Origin: Acholeplasma sp.
GTDB lineage: Bacteria; Bacillota_I; Bacilli_A; Acholeplasmatales; UBA5453
DNA: 64,000 bases
Direction of reading: 5' to 3'
NCBI GenBank assembly: GCA_036677365.1
Contig: JAVBWN010000027.1
Span: 28,238-92,237 of the forward strand
Shown here: positions 1 to 10,944 of the stretch, one piece after another
How the letters are laid out: each line of letters opens with the position of its first letter
Position numbering within the stretch: position 1 is the first letter of the stretch
Made by a program: the position numbers and the translations under genes
The notes under the pieces: model-generated
What the model was told of the DNA's origin: nothing
The model's database searches: none
What the model saw: the letters and a program-made list of their open reading frames with translations, nothing else

Positions 1-137
1 TACCATTCACAGTCGCTAATGACATCACTGATCCTGTGAAGTTTGAATTTGACTTTGGTACACTTGGTGGCGAACTCATCAGCTTACCTGGTACTTTCAC
101 CATTTCTGAAATCCTTCTTTATCAAGTCATAGCTTAG
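1..137 (+). CDS. 3' end of a gene truncated by the window edge; C-terminus resembles a carbohydrate-binding beta-sandwich
   Basis: Open frame from position 3 (PFTVANDITDPVKFEFDFGTLGGELISLPGTFTISEILLYQVIA*), TAG at 135-137 overlapping the AGGAG RBS of the next gene. Confidence 0.6.
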   Translation, partial: PFTVANDITDPVKFEFDFGTLGGELISLPGTFTISEILLYQVIA

Positions 138-147
138 GAGATTAACT

Positions 148-1587
148 ATGAAAAAACTATTTGCTTTACTCGTTATTTCATTGTTCGCATTGACACTCGC
201 CGCTTGTAATGGCGGCGGTGGCAACAATGTGAAATACATTGAATTGACATACGCAGACTGGGGCGACGCTGCATTCAATCAACGCATGATTGATAAGTTT
301 ATGGAAAAATACCCTAACATCACTGTTACATTAAGACAAGATATTTCCGGTTCTGGTGCAACCTTTACTGGTAACCTTGTCACAGCAGCACAAGCAGGTT
401 TATTGCCTGACGTATTCGCAACCGATAACGTACCAACCGTTGTAAGAGCCGGTTTAACCTTAGACGTTGCAGAGTATTGGGATGCCGATTCAGACACCGA
501 AATGGTTTATGAAGACGTAGCCAAAACCGCTGTTTATAATGGACACAGATATGCAGTCCCTAGTTTCCAATTCTTAAAAGGTATTTTCATCAACCTAGAC
601 ATTTTTGAAGAATCTGGTTTACAATCGGTTTCTGGTAAATATCGTTTAGACGCGGATGGTTACCCTGTTAAAGACTGGACCCACGCTGAATTCGTTGAAA
701 TTGCAAAAGCAATCACCAACTATGACATCGTGAACGTTGAAAACCTTGTGGTCGGTTTTGATACATGGTATGGTTCCCCTGACTTCCAACAAGTATGGCC
801 AATGATGAATTCAACTCGCTTTGGTTATGACACTTGGGATGGCACTAAATTCAACTATACTTCCCCTGAATGGATTGCAGCGATGCGCGCTAAAGTTGAA
901 ATCGACAACTACGAACTCAATCTAGGTGTCACTTCACGCTATCCGACTACTGACTGGGAAAATACACCTGCATTACAAACCTACGTCATCCAAGCTGGTT
1001 ATGCCGCAATGGATATCGAAGGTTCTTGGCAATTCTGGGTGATCCAAGAAGCACAAGATAAAGGTATCAACATGGGCTTCTGGCCTTACCCATCGGGTTC
1101 TGAAGGATTATTCCCTCCAACCATTCTTGACTATCAAGCGATTTCTAGCCAAACCGCACACCCTGAAGAAGCATATCTACTTGCTAAATGGATGACATTT
1201 GGACAAGACGGATGGAACGCTCGTTTAGATTTATATGAAGAAGACAAAGCGGCTGCAGAAGCTGCTGGTCAAACCCCTAAATATCTAGACCGTTTCCCTG
1301 TGGCTTCATACCCTGGTGTTTGGGAAAGAGTTGCAGATTTAGTCGATGGTATCCCTGGTATCGAATATACCCTTGAACGTATTGAAAATGCACGTCCTGA
1401 CCTTGACAAATGGTTGGCGGGCTATAAAGATTTCTGGGCATGGGTTAGCGATGCTGAAAATCCATATAGCTGGGCAAATCTACAAATTGCAGGTCCGAAC
1501 TCTGTTGCAGCATTTGCTGAACAATGGAATCAAAAAGCCAATGAATTGGTTCAACAAGAAATTGCCAATTTAGGTAAAGACGAATAA
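148..1587 (+). CDS. Sugar ABC transporter substrate-binding lipoprotein (SBP family 1)
   Basis: Lipobox LAAC, LTYADWG and LPDVF motifs, AGGAG RBS, ABC operon context. Confidence 0.9.
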   Translation: MKKLFALLVISLFALTLAACNGGGGNNVKYIELTYADWGDAAFNQRMIDKFMEKYPNITVTLRQDISGSGATFTGNLVTAAQAGLLPDVFATDNVPTVVRAGLTLDVAEYWDADSDTEMVYEDVAKTAVYNGHRYAVPSFQFLKGIFINLDIFEESGLQSVSGKYRLDADGYPVKDWTHAEFVEIAKAITNYDIVNVENLVVGFDTWYGSPDFQQVWPMMNSTRFGYDTWDGTKFNYTSPEWIAAMRAKVEIDNYELNLGVTSRYPTTDWENTPALQTYVIQAGYAAMDIEGSWQFWVIQEAQDKGINMGFWPYPSGSEGLFPPTILDYQAISSQTAHPEEAYLLAKWMTFGQDGWNARLDLYEEDKAAAEAAGQTPKYLDRFPVASYPGVWERVADLVDGIPGIEYTLERIENARPDLDKWLAGYKDFWAWVSDAENPYSWANLQIAGPNSVAAFAEQWNQKANELVQQEIANLGKDE

Positions 1588-1597
1588 CAAACTCATG

Positions 1598-1632
1598 TGT
1601 CAAGAGGGCAAATTAAACCTGCCCTCTTGATA
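1598..1632 (+). other. Intercistronic stem-loop without U-tract after the SBP gene
   Basis: tgtcaagagggca...tgccctcttgata inverted repeat. Confidence 0.7.
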
Positions 1633-1654
1633 TCATATCTATTGGAGGAAATCT

Positions 1655-4600
1655 ATGATTAAACGCCTGAAAAAAATGAAATGGGTGCGCTTTTTAAGCG
1701 AATACTACCAAAAAGTCAAAGCATTTTTCATCGCTTTTGGCTTAAAGAAGACGTTATTGTCTTTGATATCTTTGGTACTGGTCGTTTATGTAGTTGCATC
1801 TTTTTTTAGAGTAGCATCAAATCATCTTTTTTTTGATGCGCGTGCGCTCACACATGCCTATGAAGACAGCGCAGCGCTCAGTTTAAGTGAATCTACTTAC
1901 TCTACTGTGAAAAAAGGGTATTTAACCAACAAATATACCCACAGTTCACTCGAAGAAACGTTTAACCCAATAGATATGACAGGGTCATTAGTGACCGCAC
2001 TAGAGGCACGTTATCAAGCACCGATCAATGCTTACGCTACCTACAGACCTGGTGCGAATGATACCGTATCGGCGTATCGTAATCAAACAGACAAAGTGAC
2101 TTTTTCCGTGGGGACCATCCCAACAGGGCTTTACTATATTGCTGTTGATTACTATGAACTATCTGAAAGCGTTCAAGCAACCCAAGTGGGTGTCAAAATC
2201 AATGGGACATTCCCATTTTACGAATCCAGAACACTGATTTTAGAAAGTGAATGGGTGTTTGATAGTACTGAATTTAAACTAGACCGTTATCAAAATGAAA
2301 TTCAACCAAGTTCAAGTAAACAACGTACATGGAAAACCATGATTTTACGTGACCTCAAAGGGATGCATGCAGGGTATTATGAATTTTACTTGAAATCCAA
2401 CGATGAGATTACTTTAGAACATGTGTCAGGTGAGTATTTAATTGGTCAAGTTCATTTTGTTCAAGTCGATGACTTATTAAGTTATGATGCCTACTTGAAT
2501 CAACACACTGGTGCCACCGTTGTCAATAAGCTCATTCAAGTGAGTGCTAAAGATTTAGCTACCCGCAATGATGCTTCCATCCGTTTAAGAGCAGAACGTG
2601 ACCCATCTTCGTTACATTATGATACTCAATTCTTAAAAATGAATACCATATTTGGTGACTCGTGGCAAAATGGTGGTCAAGCCGTTACCTATGAAATTGA
2701 TGTTGAAACCGCTGGATTCTATCATATTTCATTCAAGTATCGTCAGTACATGATCAAAGACATGCCCGTTTTTAGAAAAATATATGTCAATGGCGAAGTG
2801 CCGTTTGATTTATTAGAAAGTTATGCATTTCCATACACAACTTCATTCATACATCGCACTTTAACCGATGAAAATAATGATGCTTTAAAGATTTATTTAG
2901 AAGCTGGTACCAACACCATCACACTTGAAGCGGTGTTGTATCCATACAGAAATACGATTGAATCCATCAAGTACATCATGTCAGAAATCCAAGATTTGGC
3001 ATTACGTATTAAGAAATATACCTCTGGTGGTACCGACCGTTATCGTGACTGGGATATTGAAACCTATTTCCCAAATGCTGAAGGCGATATCCGCTTTTGG
3101 GCATTAGAACTCGATGATATTTATAACCATCTGTTGGTCTTGACCAATAACAACGCCCCTTCAGAAATATTGAATTTGAGGGTAGCAGCCACCAGATTAC
3201 GTAGTATTGCCAATAATGTCAACAAACTACCGGGTAGAATGGTTCAATTTTCTGATGGTGACTCATCCGTTAACCAAATGCTTGGTGATTTGATGCAACG
3301 ATTGATGCGTGCCAATGTTGAACTAGAAAGAACGATGGTTCATGGCGATAAAGCCTTACCAAAACCATATGCGAACGTGTTTGTTAGCACATGGGAAGGC
3401 TTAAAACGATTGGTATTGTCTTTCATCAACAACCCATACTCTACTCAAAGAAGAGGTCAAAATGAATTGATTGTTTGGGTAAATCACCCACGTCAATATA
3501 TTGAAATCATGCAAATGATGATTGACCAATCTTATGATGGCGACATGAAAGTCACACTTTCACAGATGCCTGACCAAAATAAACTAATTTTAGCCAACGT
3601 GGCTGGCAATTCGCCGGATGTTGCGATTGGTGTTGACCACTGGATTCCATATGAATTCGCGATTCGTGACGCTTCATTGGATTTAAGACAATTTCAAGGG
3701 TATGCCGATTTAGTAACGAATTTTACCAAAGGTGCTATGATTCCATATGTCTTTGAAGATGGTGTTTACGGGATTCCTGAAACACAAAACTTCTGGGTTA
3801 CATACTATAGAACCGATATTTTAAACTCAATTGGTATCACTGAAATCCCTCAAACTTGGGATCAAATCATTGAAATTCTCCCATTATTACAAAGCTATGG
3901 TATGAACTATTTCGTACCACTAGCACAATATGAAGGGTTAAAACCATTCGTCGCGACCTTGCCATTCATCTATCAATTTGGTGGTGACTTATACGCTCCA
4001 AATGGGATGTCTACAGCAATCAATAGTGACCAAACCTTACGAGGTATTCAATTGATGAGTAACTTGTATACGTTGTATAATTTACCTCAACGTGTTGCAT
4101 CGTTTTATAATCAGTTTAGATACGGTACATTACCGATTGGTATTTCAGATTTATCTTCATACATTTTATTATCGACTGCCGCTTCCGAATTGGATGGTTT
4201 ATGGTCGATGGATTTACACCCTGGTGTATACAATGAACTCACCGATGAAATTGTCAGATATTCTGCAGTCGGTGCACAAGCGTCCATGATTTTATCGTCC
4301 ACAAAATACAAAGAAGCCTCTTGGGATTTCTTGAGCTGGTGGATGTCCACAGAAGTTCAAAGCGATTTTGCATTCAATTTACAAACCACTTATGGTAGAC
4401 AATACTTTTGGAACTCAGCCAATGTCAATGCATTCATGAATTCATCGATGCCAGAACGTTTCAAAAATGTCGTCTTAGAACAATGGACATACGGTATTGA
4501 AGCTTCACGTATTCCTGGCGCATACATGGTTGAACGTGAACTCTCCAATGCTTGGAGCAAAGTCGTATACAATGGTACAAACGTCAGATTAGCGCTTGAT

Positions 4601-4744
4601 GACGCGGTTAGAATTTCTAATCGTGAAATTTTATATAAGATGGCTGAGTTTGGTTATGTCCAAAACGGGGTCATCATTAAGAATTATACAGTGCCTTCGA
4701 TTTATAACATCGACTTGTGGCTAACGGAGGTAAACAATGCTTAA
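1655..4744 (+). CDS. Large membrane-anchored solute-binding protein with N-terminal beta-sandwich (CBM-like) modules
   Basis: N-terminal TM helix; two repeats of G(L/F)Y..(I/V).(I/V)NG..PF; C-terminal SBP1 domain ([23 protein letters not shown]). Confidence 0.8.
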   Translation: MIKRLKKMKWVRFLSEYYQKVKAFFIAFGLKKTLLSLISLVLVVYVVASFFRVASNHLFFDARALTHAYEDSAALSLSESTYSTVKKGYLTNKYTHSSLEETFNPIDMTGSLVTALEARYQAPINAYATYRPGANDTVSAYRNQTDKVTFSVGTIPTGLYYIAVDYYELSESVQATQVGVKINGTFPFYESRTLILESEWVFDSTEFKLDRYQNEIQPSSSKQRTWKTMILRDLKGMHAGYYEFYLKSNDEITLEHVSGEYLIGQVHFVQVDDLLSYDAYLNQHTGATVVNKLIQVSAKDLATRNDASIRLRAERDPSSLHYDTQFLKMNTIFGDSWQNGGQAVTYEIDVETAGFYHISFKYRQYMIKDMPVFRKIYVNGEVPFDLLESYAFPYTTSFIHRTLTDENNDALKIYLEAGTNTITLEAVLYPYRNTIESIKYIMSEIQDLALRIKKYTSGGTDRYRDWDIETYFPNAEGDIRFWALELDDIYNHLLVLTNNNAPSEILNLRVAATRLRSIANNVNKLPGRMVQFSDGDSSVNQMLGDLMQRLMRANVELERTMVHGDKALPKPYANVFVSTWEGLKRLVLSFINNPYSTQRRGQNELIVWVNHPRQYIEIMQMMIDQSYDGDMKVTLSQMPDQNKLILANVAGNSPDVAIGVDHWIPYEFAIRDASLDLRQFQGYADLVTNFTKGAMIPYVFEDGVYGIPETQNFWVTYYRTDILNSIGITEIPQTWDQIIEILPLLQSYGMNYFVPLAQYEGLKPFVATLPFIYQFGGDLYAPNGMSTAINSDQTLRGIQLMSNLYTLYNLPQRVASFYNQFRYGTLPIGISDLSSYILLSTAASELDGLWSMDLHPGVYNELTDEIVRYSAVGAQASMILSSTKYKEASWDFLSWWMSTEVQSDFAFNLQTTYGRQYFWNSANVNAFMNSSMPERFKNVVLEQWTYGIEASRIPGAYMVERELSNAWSKVVYNGTNVRLALDDAVRISNREILYKMAEFGYVQNGVIIKNYTVPSIYNIDLWLTEVNNA

Positions 4745-5621
4745 ACGTATGAATCATCCAGCATGGTTTATTCTCCCTTACTGGATATTATTCTCACTGT
4801 TCATCATTATCCCTGTAGTGATTGCGATGGGGTTATCGTTCACATACTTTAACTCGATTCAAGCACCACGTTATATTGGGGTTACAAATTACATCGAACT
4901 CATTACGATGGACAATATTTTCATGCAAAATGTCTTGCCAAATACCGTTAAATTTGCTTTGATTGTCGGTCCAATCGGGTATTTATTATCCTTCCTATTG
5001 GCATGGATGTTGGCTCAAATACCACAAAAACCAAGAACCGTATTGGCCATCATTTTGTATTCTCCATCCTTAACCATGGGGGTTGCAATGGCATCCATGT
5101 GGCGTATCATTTTCTCTGGGGATGCCAATGGTTATTTGAACAGCTGGCTCTTAAACTGGGGCATCATCCTCGAACCGATACAATTCTTACAATCCCCACA
5201 ATACTTGATGAACATCATGATCATCGTGTCATTGTGGAGTAGTATGGGGGTAGGGTTCTTAGCGATGTTGGCCGGGGTTTTGAATATCGACCAAACGCTT
5301 TATGAAGCCGCTTATATCGACGGTATCAAAAACCGTACACAAGAAATTTTCTACATCACCATCCCGCAAATGCGTCCTCAGATGCTATTCGGTGCGGTTA
5401 TGGCGGTGGTTGGAACCTTCCAAGCCGGCGGGATTGGTGTGGCCTTATCTGGGTCAAACCCAACACCACAATACGCTGGTCAATTGATAGTGAACCACAT
5501 CGAGGACTTCGGTTTCATCCGATATGCGATGGGCTATGCTTCAGCGATCAGTGTGGTTTTATTGGCACTGGTCTACATGTTGTCTAAAGTGACTCAAAAA
5601 ATTCTAGGAGAGAGGGATTAA
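4737..5621 (+). CDS. Carbohydrate ABC transporter permease (MalF/UgpA type)
   Basis: Multiple TM helices, EAA motif LYEAAYIDG. Confidence 0.93.
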   Translation: MLKRMNHPAWFILPYWILFSLFIIIPVVIAMGLSFTYFNSIQAPRYIGVTNYIELITMDNIFMQNVLPNTVKFALIVGPIGYLLSFLLAWMLAQIPQKPRTVLAIILYSPSLTMGVAMASMWRIIFSGDANGYLNSWLLNWGIILEPIQFLQSPQYLMNIMIIVSLWSSMGVGFLAMLAGVLNIDQTLYEAAYIDGIKNRTQEIFYITIPQMRPQMLFGAVMAVVGTFQAGGIGVALSGSNPTPQYAGQLIVNHIEDFGFIRYAMGYASAISVVLLALVYMLSKVTQKILGERD

Positions 5622-5622
5622 T

Positions 5623-6498
5623 ATGGCTAGTTTCCAAGGCACAAAAATCAATCCGACGAGCTTCCATCGCAGTCAACTCACCTTTTATGCATTCTTGATT
5701 CCACTGTCGATTTTGATGTTATTACCCATTCTTTTCATCATTAATCATGCATTTAAACCCATTTCAGAATTGTTCGCGTATCCACCTGCATTCTTTGTTA
5801 AGAACCCAACGATGAACAACTTTACTGAATTGGCGCGCATATCAAGTGGTTCAGGGATTCCTTTTTCTCGATATTTAATCAACAGTTTATTGATAACATC
5901 GATTGGCGTATTTTTCGCCATCACCATCACCGCACTCAGTGCTTATGGTTTATCGAAACTGCACTTCAAAGGGAAGAAGGCATTGTTTGAAATCAATACA
6001 CTCGCGTTGATGTTCGTCCCGATTGCCGTTCAAATTCCAAGGTATTTGGTCATTGCGAGAATGGGTATCATCGATACTTATCTCGCTCACATTTTACCTG
6101 TGGTTGTCATGCCAGTCGCGATGTTCTTAATCAAGCAATTCATCGATCAAACACCCAACGAGTTGATTGAATCGGCGAAAATCGATGGGGCATCTGAAAT
6201 GCAAATTTTCTATCACATCATCGTACCAATCGTGTCACCAGCCATCGCTACCGTAGGTATCTTGGCTTTCCAAGCGATATGGAACGATACATCGACTTCG
6301 ACCATCTTTATTACCGATGAATCGAAACGAACACTCGCCTTCTATATGATGAGCTTAACCAGTTCAGTAGGGAATAATATCGCGGGTCAGGGGATGGCTG
6401 CGGCAGCGAGCTTAATCATGTTTATACCAAACTTGGTATTGTTCGTATTCTTACAAAGTAAAGTCATGAATACCATGGCACACTCGGGTATCAAATAA
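5623..6498 (+). CDS. Carbohydrate ABC transporter permease (MalG/UgpE type)
   Basis: EAA motif LIESAKIDGASE, TM helices. Confidence 0.93.
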   Translation: MASFQGTKINPTSFHRSQLTFYAFLIPLSILMLLPILFIINHAFKPISELFAYPPAFFVKNPTMNNFTELARISSGSGIPFSRYLINSLLITSIGVFFAITITALSAYGLSKLHFKGKKALFEINTLALMFVPIAVQIPRYLVIARMGIIDTYLAHILPVVVMPVAMFLIKQFIDQTPNELIESAKIDGASEMQIFYHIIVPIVSPAIATVGILAFQAIWNDTSTSTIFITDESKRTLAFYMMSLTSSVGNNIAGQGMAAAASLIMFIPNLVLFVFLQSKVMNTMAHSGIK

Positions 6499-8534
6499 TG
6501 AAAAAATTACTGATTGCAGCACTATTCATCCTCGTTTGTCTCCTCCCAGTCAACGTCGATGCCAACAATGGTATTCCGTATTACACATTTACGTACTCCT
6601 CGACACAACGTCGTATCGTACCTACACAAGATGCATATTTGCCGTTATCGATTACTTCTGAGATTGGTGGTTATATCCTCAATTCACCAGAAGATATCAC
6701 GATTGACAAGCAGAATAATATTTACATTGCTGACACAAAAAATGGCCGTGTCATCAAATATAACATTCAGTCTAATGTTGCAACCCTCATCGGAGATGGA
6801 TTTTTAACCAGTCCAATGGGTGTTCATGTTGGGTTAGATGGCGCAGTATATGTCGTCGATTTTACACATAAAAAAGCATATAAGTATGTGTATGATCAAT
6901 CCAACGATAGTTACGATTTGACCGTTACGTATGAAAGACCTGTCAATTCACCTTATTTCGCACCATCCGATACATTTGAACCAACCAAAGTCATCACTGA
7001 CTCTGGGAATAACGTATACCTGTTATTGGCAGGTTCCATCAATGGGTTAGCCGAATATAAGAATGATGGTGAGTTCTTTGGATTCTTCGGTGCAAACCGT
7101 ATTCCAAACACTTGGGACAACATCATCAAGTCATTATTATTCGATGAACAACAACGTCGTGAATGGTTTAAAATGATTCCTAAAGCTTTGAACAATGTGG
7201 CTGTTGACCAAGATGGTTTGATCTTAACGATTACCAATGGCCAATCCGGTTACTTGAAACTCAACATCGCAAACTTGGTATTCAGCCAATCCAACTGGGG
7301 TTTTGAGAATTTGATGGATCTTTATGTAGGTCCTCACAACACCATCTTTACAATCAATGCTGAAGGCTACATCACAGAATATACCCAAGAAGGACAAACT
7401 TTATTCATCTTTGCAGGTCCAGATAAGTCCTCGAATACCAAAGGGTTGTTCAACTCACCAACCGCCATTGCTGTCGATGCGAGAAACAATATTTATGCCC
7501 TCGATAAATCGACATCGTCATTGCAAATCTTTGTCCCTACAGCATTTGCTGATTTGGTACATAACGCCATTACGTTATATCAAGCTGGTAAATACAGCGA
7601 ATCCGAAGAACCTTGGAAACAAGTATTAAAGATGAATAGCTTATTTGATTTGGCCAACAAAGGCATTGGTGATGCGCATTTTGCTAAAGGTGAATATGAA
7701 GATGCGATGCACTATTATGCATTGTCTCGTCATCTTGAAGGTTATTCAAATGCCTATTGGGAAGTGAGAAATACAGCATTACTCGCATCCGCTTCTTGGT
7801 TGGTTTATGTCATTTTTGCCATGATCATACTTACCATTGTCAATCGATTCCTACCATTCATGAAGTATGTTAAAGCACCTATCAAGAAATCGCATGCTTA
7901 TATGAAACGGTTTAAATTGTACAATGAATTGTTGTTTGGTTTCCATGTGTTGAGAAATCCAAACGATGGTTATTATGGTATCAAACGCGAAGGTAAAACT
8001 TCAAACTTATCCGCAACGATTTACCTATTCACATTCTTTTTGATGTATATCATTTTCATCTACACCACCTCATTCTTGTTTAATGACCGTGTCGTCGCTG
8101 AAATCAATATGATCCAACAAGTCATTACCGTTTTCATCCCATTCTTCCTATGGGTCATTGCGAACTACTTGGTATGTAGCATTCGTGATGGTGAAGGTAA
8201 ATTGAGTGATGTCTATCAATCGAGTGCCTATGCTTTATTACCAATGATTATTTCCTTACCAATCCTCGCGTTCATTTCGCATGGATTGACATTGAATGAA
8301 GCATTCATTTATACATTCTTATTCAACGTTTCTGTGATGATTACCGTGATTTACCTCATCGTCATGGTCAAAGAAATTCATTTCTATGAGATGAAGAAAA
8401 CCATCGCCAACATCTTCATTACAATTTTTACCGCATTGATGATTTTATTGATGGTATCGATTGTTTACATCTTATTGAGTGAAATTTTACAAGTATTCTT
8501 AGATATATATAGGGAGGTGACCTCACGTGCTTAA
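6498..8534 (+). CDS. NHL beta-propeller / TPR / Yip1-domain membrane protein
   Basis: Signal peptide; NHL repeats (LNSPEDITIDKQNNIYIAD, FNSPTAIAVDARNNIYALD); TPR-like helices; C-terminal multi-TM Yip1-like region (HVLRNPNDGY, DGEGKLSDVY). Confidence 0.8.
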   Translation: MKKLLIAALFILVCLLPVNVDANNGIPYYTFTYSSTQRRIVPTQDAYLPLSITSEIGGYILNSPEDITIDKQNNIYIADTKNGRVIKYNIQSNVATLIGDGFLTSPMGVHVGLDGAVYVVDFTHKKAYKYVYDQSNDSYDLTVTYERPVNSPYFAPSDTFEPTKVITDSGNNVYLLLAGSINGLAEYKNDGEFFGFFGANRIPNTWDNIIKSLLFDEQQRREWFKMIPKALNNVAVDQDGLILTITNGQSGYLKLNIANLVFSQSNWGFENLMDLYVGPHNTIFTINAEGYITEYTQEGQTLFIFAGPDKSSNTKGLFNSPTAIAVDARNNIYALDKSTSSLQIFVPTAFADLVHNAITLYQAGKYSESEEPWKQVLKMNSLFDLANKGIGDAHFAKGEYEDAMHYYALSRHLEGYSNAYWEVRNTALLASASWLVYVIFAMIILTIVNRFLPFMKYVKAPIKKSHAYMKRFKLYNELLFGFHVLRNPNDGYYGIKREGKTSNLSATIYLFTFFLMYIIFIYTTSFLFNDRVVAEINMIQQVITVFIPFFLWVIANYLVCSIRDGEGKLSDVYQSSAYALLPMIISLPILAFISHGLTLNEAFIYTFLFNVSVMITVIYLIVMVKEIHFYEMKKTIANIFITIFTALMILLMVSIVYILLSEILQVFLDIYREVTSRA

Positions 8535-10944
8535 AATTGTTAAATACCTGATTGTAGTCGTAACATTCAGTGCCCTAACGTTCACTGTGGTCAACGCTGC
8601 CACCCAAGACAATGCTTATGAGATTGTATTATCGGATAACTTTGGTTACATTGAACAAATGGTATTACAAAGCTCGAGATATACCCAACCTGATAATATA
8701 ACCCCAGCGGCATTACAGGATTATCGCGATAATTACACTTTGTCTTTCACAACCGATGAACTGGCGTTTCTAGGTTATGAAGAAATCTTAAATGATTCAA
8801 AATTACGTGTTTATTTTGAACAAAAATCATTTTCAGTCGTCATTGAAAACAAAGAAACTGGATACTTTTGGTCATCGCGTGCTGAATTCCAACACATCGA
8901 AGGCACCAATGAAACCCCACTCTTTAGAAATATGATGAATTCAGGTTTATGGATTGAATCGGTTCGAATGCTCACCAATGGTGGCGCTCCCATCAATATC
9001 AATGAAAAATCTTTAACCACCGAGTCGCTATACCGTATCGCAGGTGTGGCTTATCCAAACGATGAGTCCTTAATTGATTTATATCCAGAATGCCCGACAG
9101 GGTATGCAAGTTCCAATGTGTGTTCACAAGTCATCATCCCAGAAAGATACAATCAAAGTCGTGTCCGTGTGGATCGTGTCTCTACAACAACATCCGCCAT
9201 TGTTACCAAAGTCAATATTTTTGAATATGGGTTCTCATTTAACGTAGAACTACGTCTCGAAGATGGTGTCTTTAAGTCGAGAGTATTCTCAGACACCATT
9301 CAAGAATCAGACCCTAAATTTAAATTGACTGGCATATATTTATTCCCATACTTGGGTTCTACACGTAAGGACAAAACCCCGGGTTATTTCTTAATTCCTG
9401 ATGGTGTGGGTGCTTTGGTTCGTATCAATCAAATGCATGGAGATTCATTCCAAAGCCGTTTCTATGGTTCAGAGTTTGGATACGATTCCTATACCACCAG
9501 TCAATTGACCATGCCGATTTATGGTATTGTCCATGAAGTCGGTGGCAATGGGTTTTATGCCGATATCACTGAAGGGTCTGAACAAGGCATTCTATATGCC
9601 GATTTATATGGCGCAAACACCCGTTACAATTATATGCGCACCAAGTATAGTGTCCGCGAATTGTACCGAAGAATCATCAATGCTTCAGGTGGTGGGTCTT
9701 TAACACTACTGGATCAGTTCACACAAACCGATTACGCCATCGACTATCACTTTTTAGGTGGTTCAGATGCTTCCTATGTTGGGATTGCGAAAAACTACCG
9801 TGATAAATTGCGTGATGCAGGTGTTTTAAAAGACATGGTTGAACCAAGCACCAATATCCCAATTCATCTCAACTACTTAATGGCAGATACTGAAAATGCC
9901 TTCATTGGTGTTAGACGTATTCGCATGACGCGCATTAAAGATGTTTTGGATATTTATGAAACATTAAAAGAAGCCGGTGTCACCAATCAAATGGTCACCT
10001 TGCATGGTTGGAGTAAAGATGGTAATGGTGTTGGATTGGCTCGAACCAATTTAAATGAATCTAAACGTACGTTTGAAAAATTGGCCGATACACTGGCTGA
10101 AGATGGCAACACAGTCTATCTGTATAATGATTATGTGGTGGCATCAGACTCAAAACGTGTCAACTACATCAACGACATTGCAAGAAATGTGTCTAGATTA
10201 AAAATGACTTATAGCAACCGTTCATTTAGCGGTGTTGAATCGAACATTCAGTTATTATACCCAGAAGCTACGGCGAAAAAATTAAAAGCGGACGCTTCAT
10301 TCTACGATAAATTGGGGTATGGTGCAGAAGTAGGTTCTATTGGTAATATGTTATTCAGCTACTACGACAACAAAGTATTTGAACGTGGTGACGCGATGAA
10401 TTATTACCAAGAAGCCTTATCAAACTATGATCATTTGATATTATCTAGCCCTAACAGTTATTTATGGCAATACATGAGTGGTTATACCGATATGGCCGTA
10501 ACCAATGGACAGTTTAATTTCTACACGGACTTGGTTCCTGTATTACCGATTGTTTTATCTGGAAGTGTGCCAATGTTTACCCCATTCTTAAATTTCAATG
10601 CCTTGGGTAGTGAACGTTTATTGATGATGATTGATTTTGGTATCAACCCACGATATATTCTCACAGAGGAAAATACCTATAAGATGCGTTACACACGTTC
10701 ATCCAATCTGTACACCACAGCCATTAAGGATTACGAAACAGAAATCATCGATACCTATCATTACATCAATGATGCTTTAAAACACGTGGTTGGTGCCATG
10801 GTTGTCGAACGCGAAGTGCTTGGTTTAGGTATTGTAAAAGTAACTTATGACAATGGTGTGTCGATTTATATCAATTACAGTGACCAAATATTTATGAATC
10901 CGGATGTCATCTTATTTGGTAAATCGTATGAGGTGGTCCTATGA
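8527..10944 (+). CDS. Secreted/membrane-anchored DUF5696-like protein
   Basis: GTG start with GGAGG RBS; signal/anchor; ENKETGYFWSS, GYFLIPDGVGAL, MPIYG, VTYDNGVSIYINYS motifs typical of this family. Confidence 0.7.
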   Translation: MLKIVKYLIVVVTFSALTFTVVNAATQDNAYEIVLSDNFGYIEQMVLQSSRYTQPDNITPAALQDYRDNYTLSFTTDELAFLGYEEILNDSKLRVYFEQKSFSVVIENKETGYFWSSRAEFQHIEGTNETPLFRNMMNSGLWIESVRMLTNGGAPININEKSLTTESLYRIAGVAYPNDESLIDLYPECPTGYASSNVCSQVIIPERYNQSRVRVDRVSTTTSAIVTKVNIFEYGFSFNVELRLEDGVFKSRVFSDTIQESDPKFKLTGIYLFPYLGSTRKDKTPGYFLIPDGVGALVRINQMHGDSFQSRFYGSEFGYDSYTTSQLTMPIYGIVHEVGGNGFYADITEGSEQGILYADLYGANTRYNYMRTKYSVRELYRRIINASGGGSLTLLDQFTQTDYAIDYHFLGGSDASYVGIAKNYRDKLRDAGVLKDMVEPSTNIPIHLNYLMADTENAFIGVRRIRMTRIKDVLDIYETLKEAGVTNQMVTLHGWSKDGNGVGLARTNLNESKRTFEKLADTLAEDGNTVYLYNDYVVASDSKRVNYINDIARNVSRLKMTYSNRSFSGVESNIQLLYPEATAKKLKADASFYDKLGYGAEVGSIGNMLFSYYDNKVFERGDAMNYYQEALSNYDHLILSSPNSYLWQYMSGYTDMAVTNGQFNFYTDLVPVLPIVLSGSVPMFTPFLNFNALGSERLLMMIDFGINPRYILTEENTYKMRYTRSSNLYTTAIKDYETEIIDTYHYINDALKHVVGAMVVEREVLGLGIVKVTYDNGVSIYINYSDQIFMNPDVILFGKSYEVVL

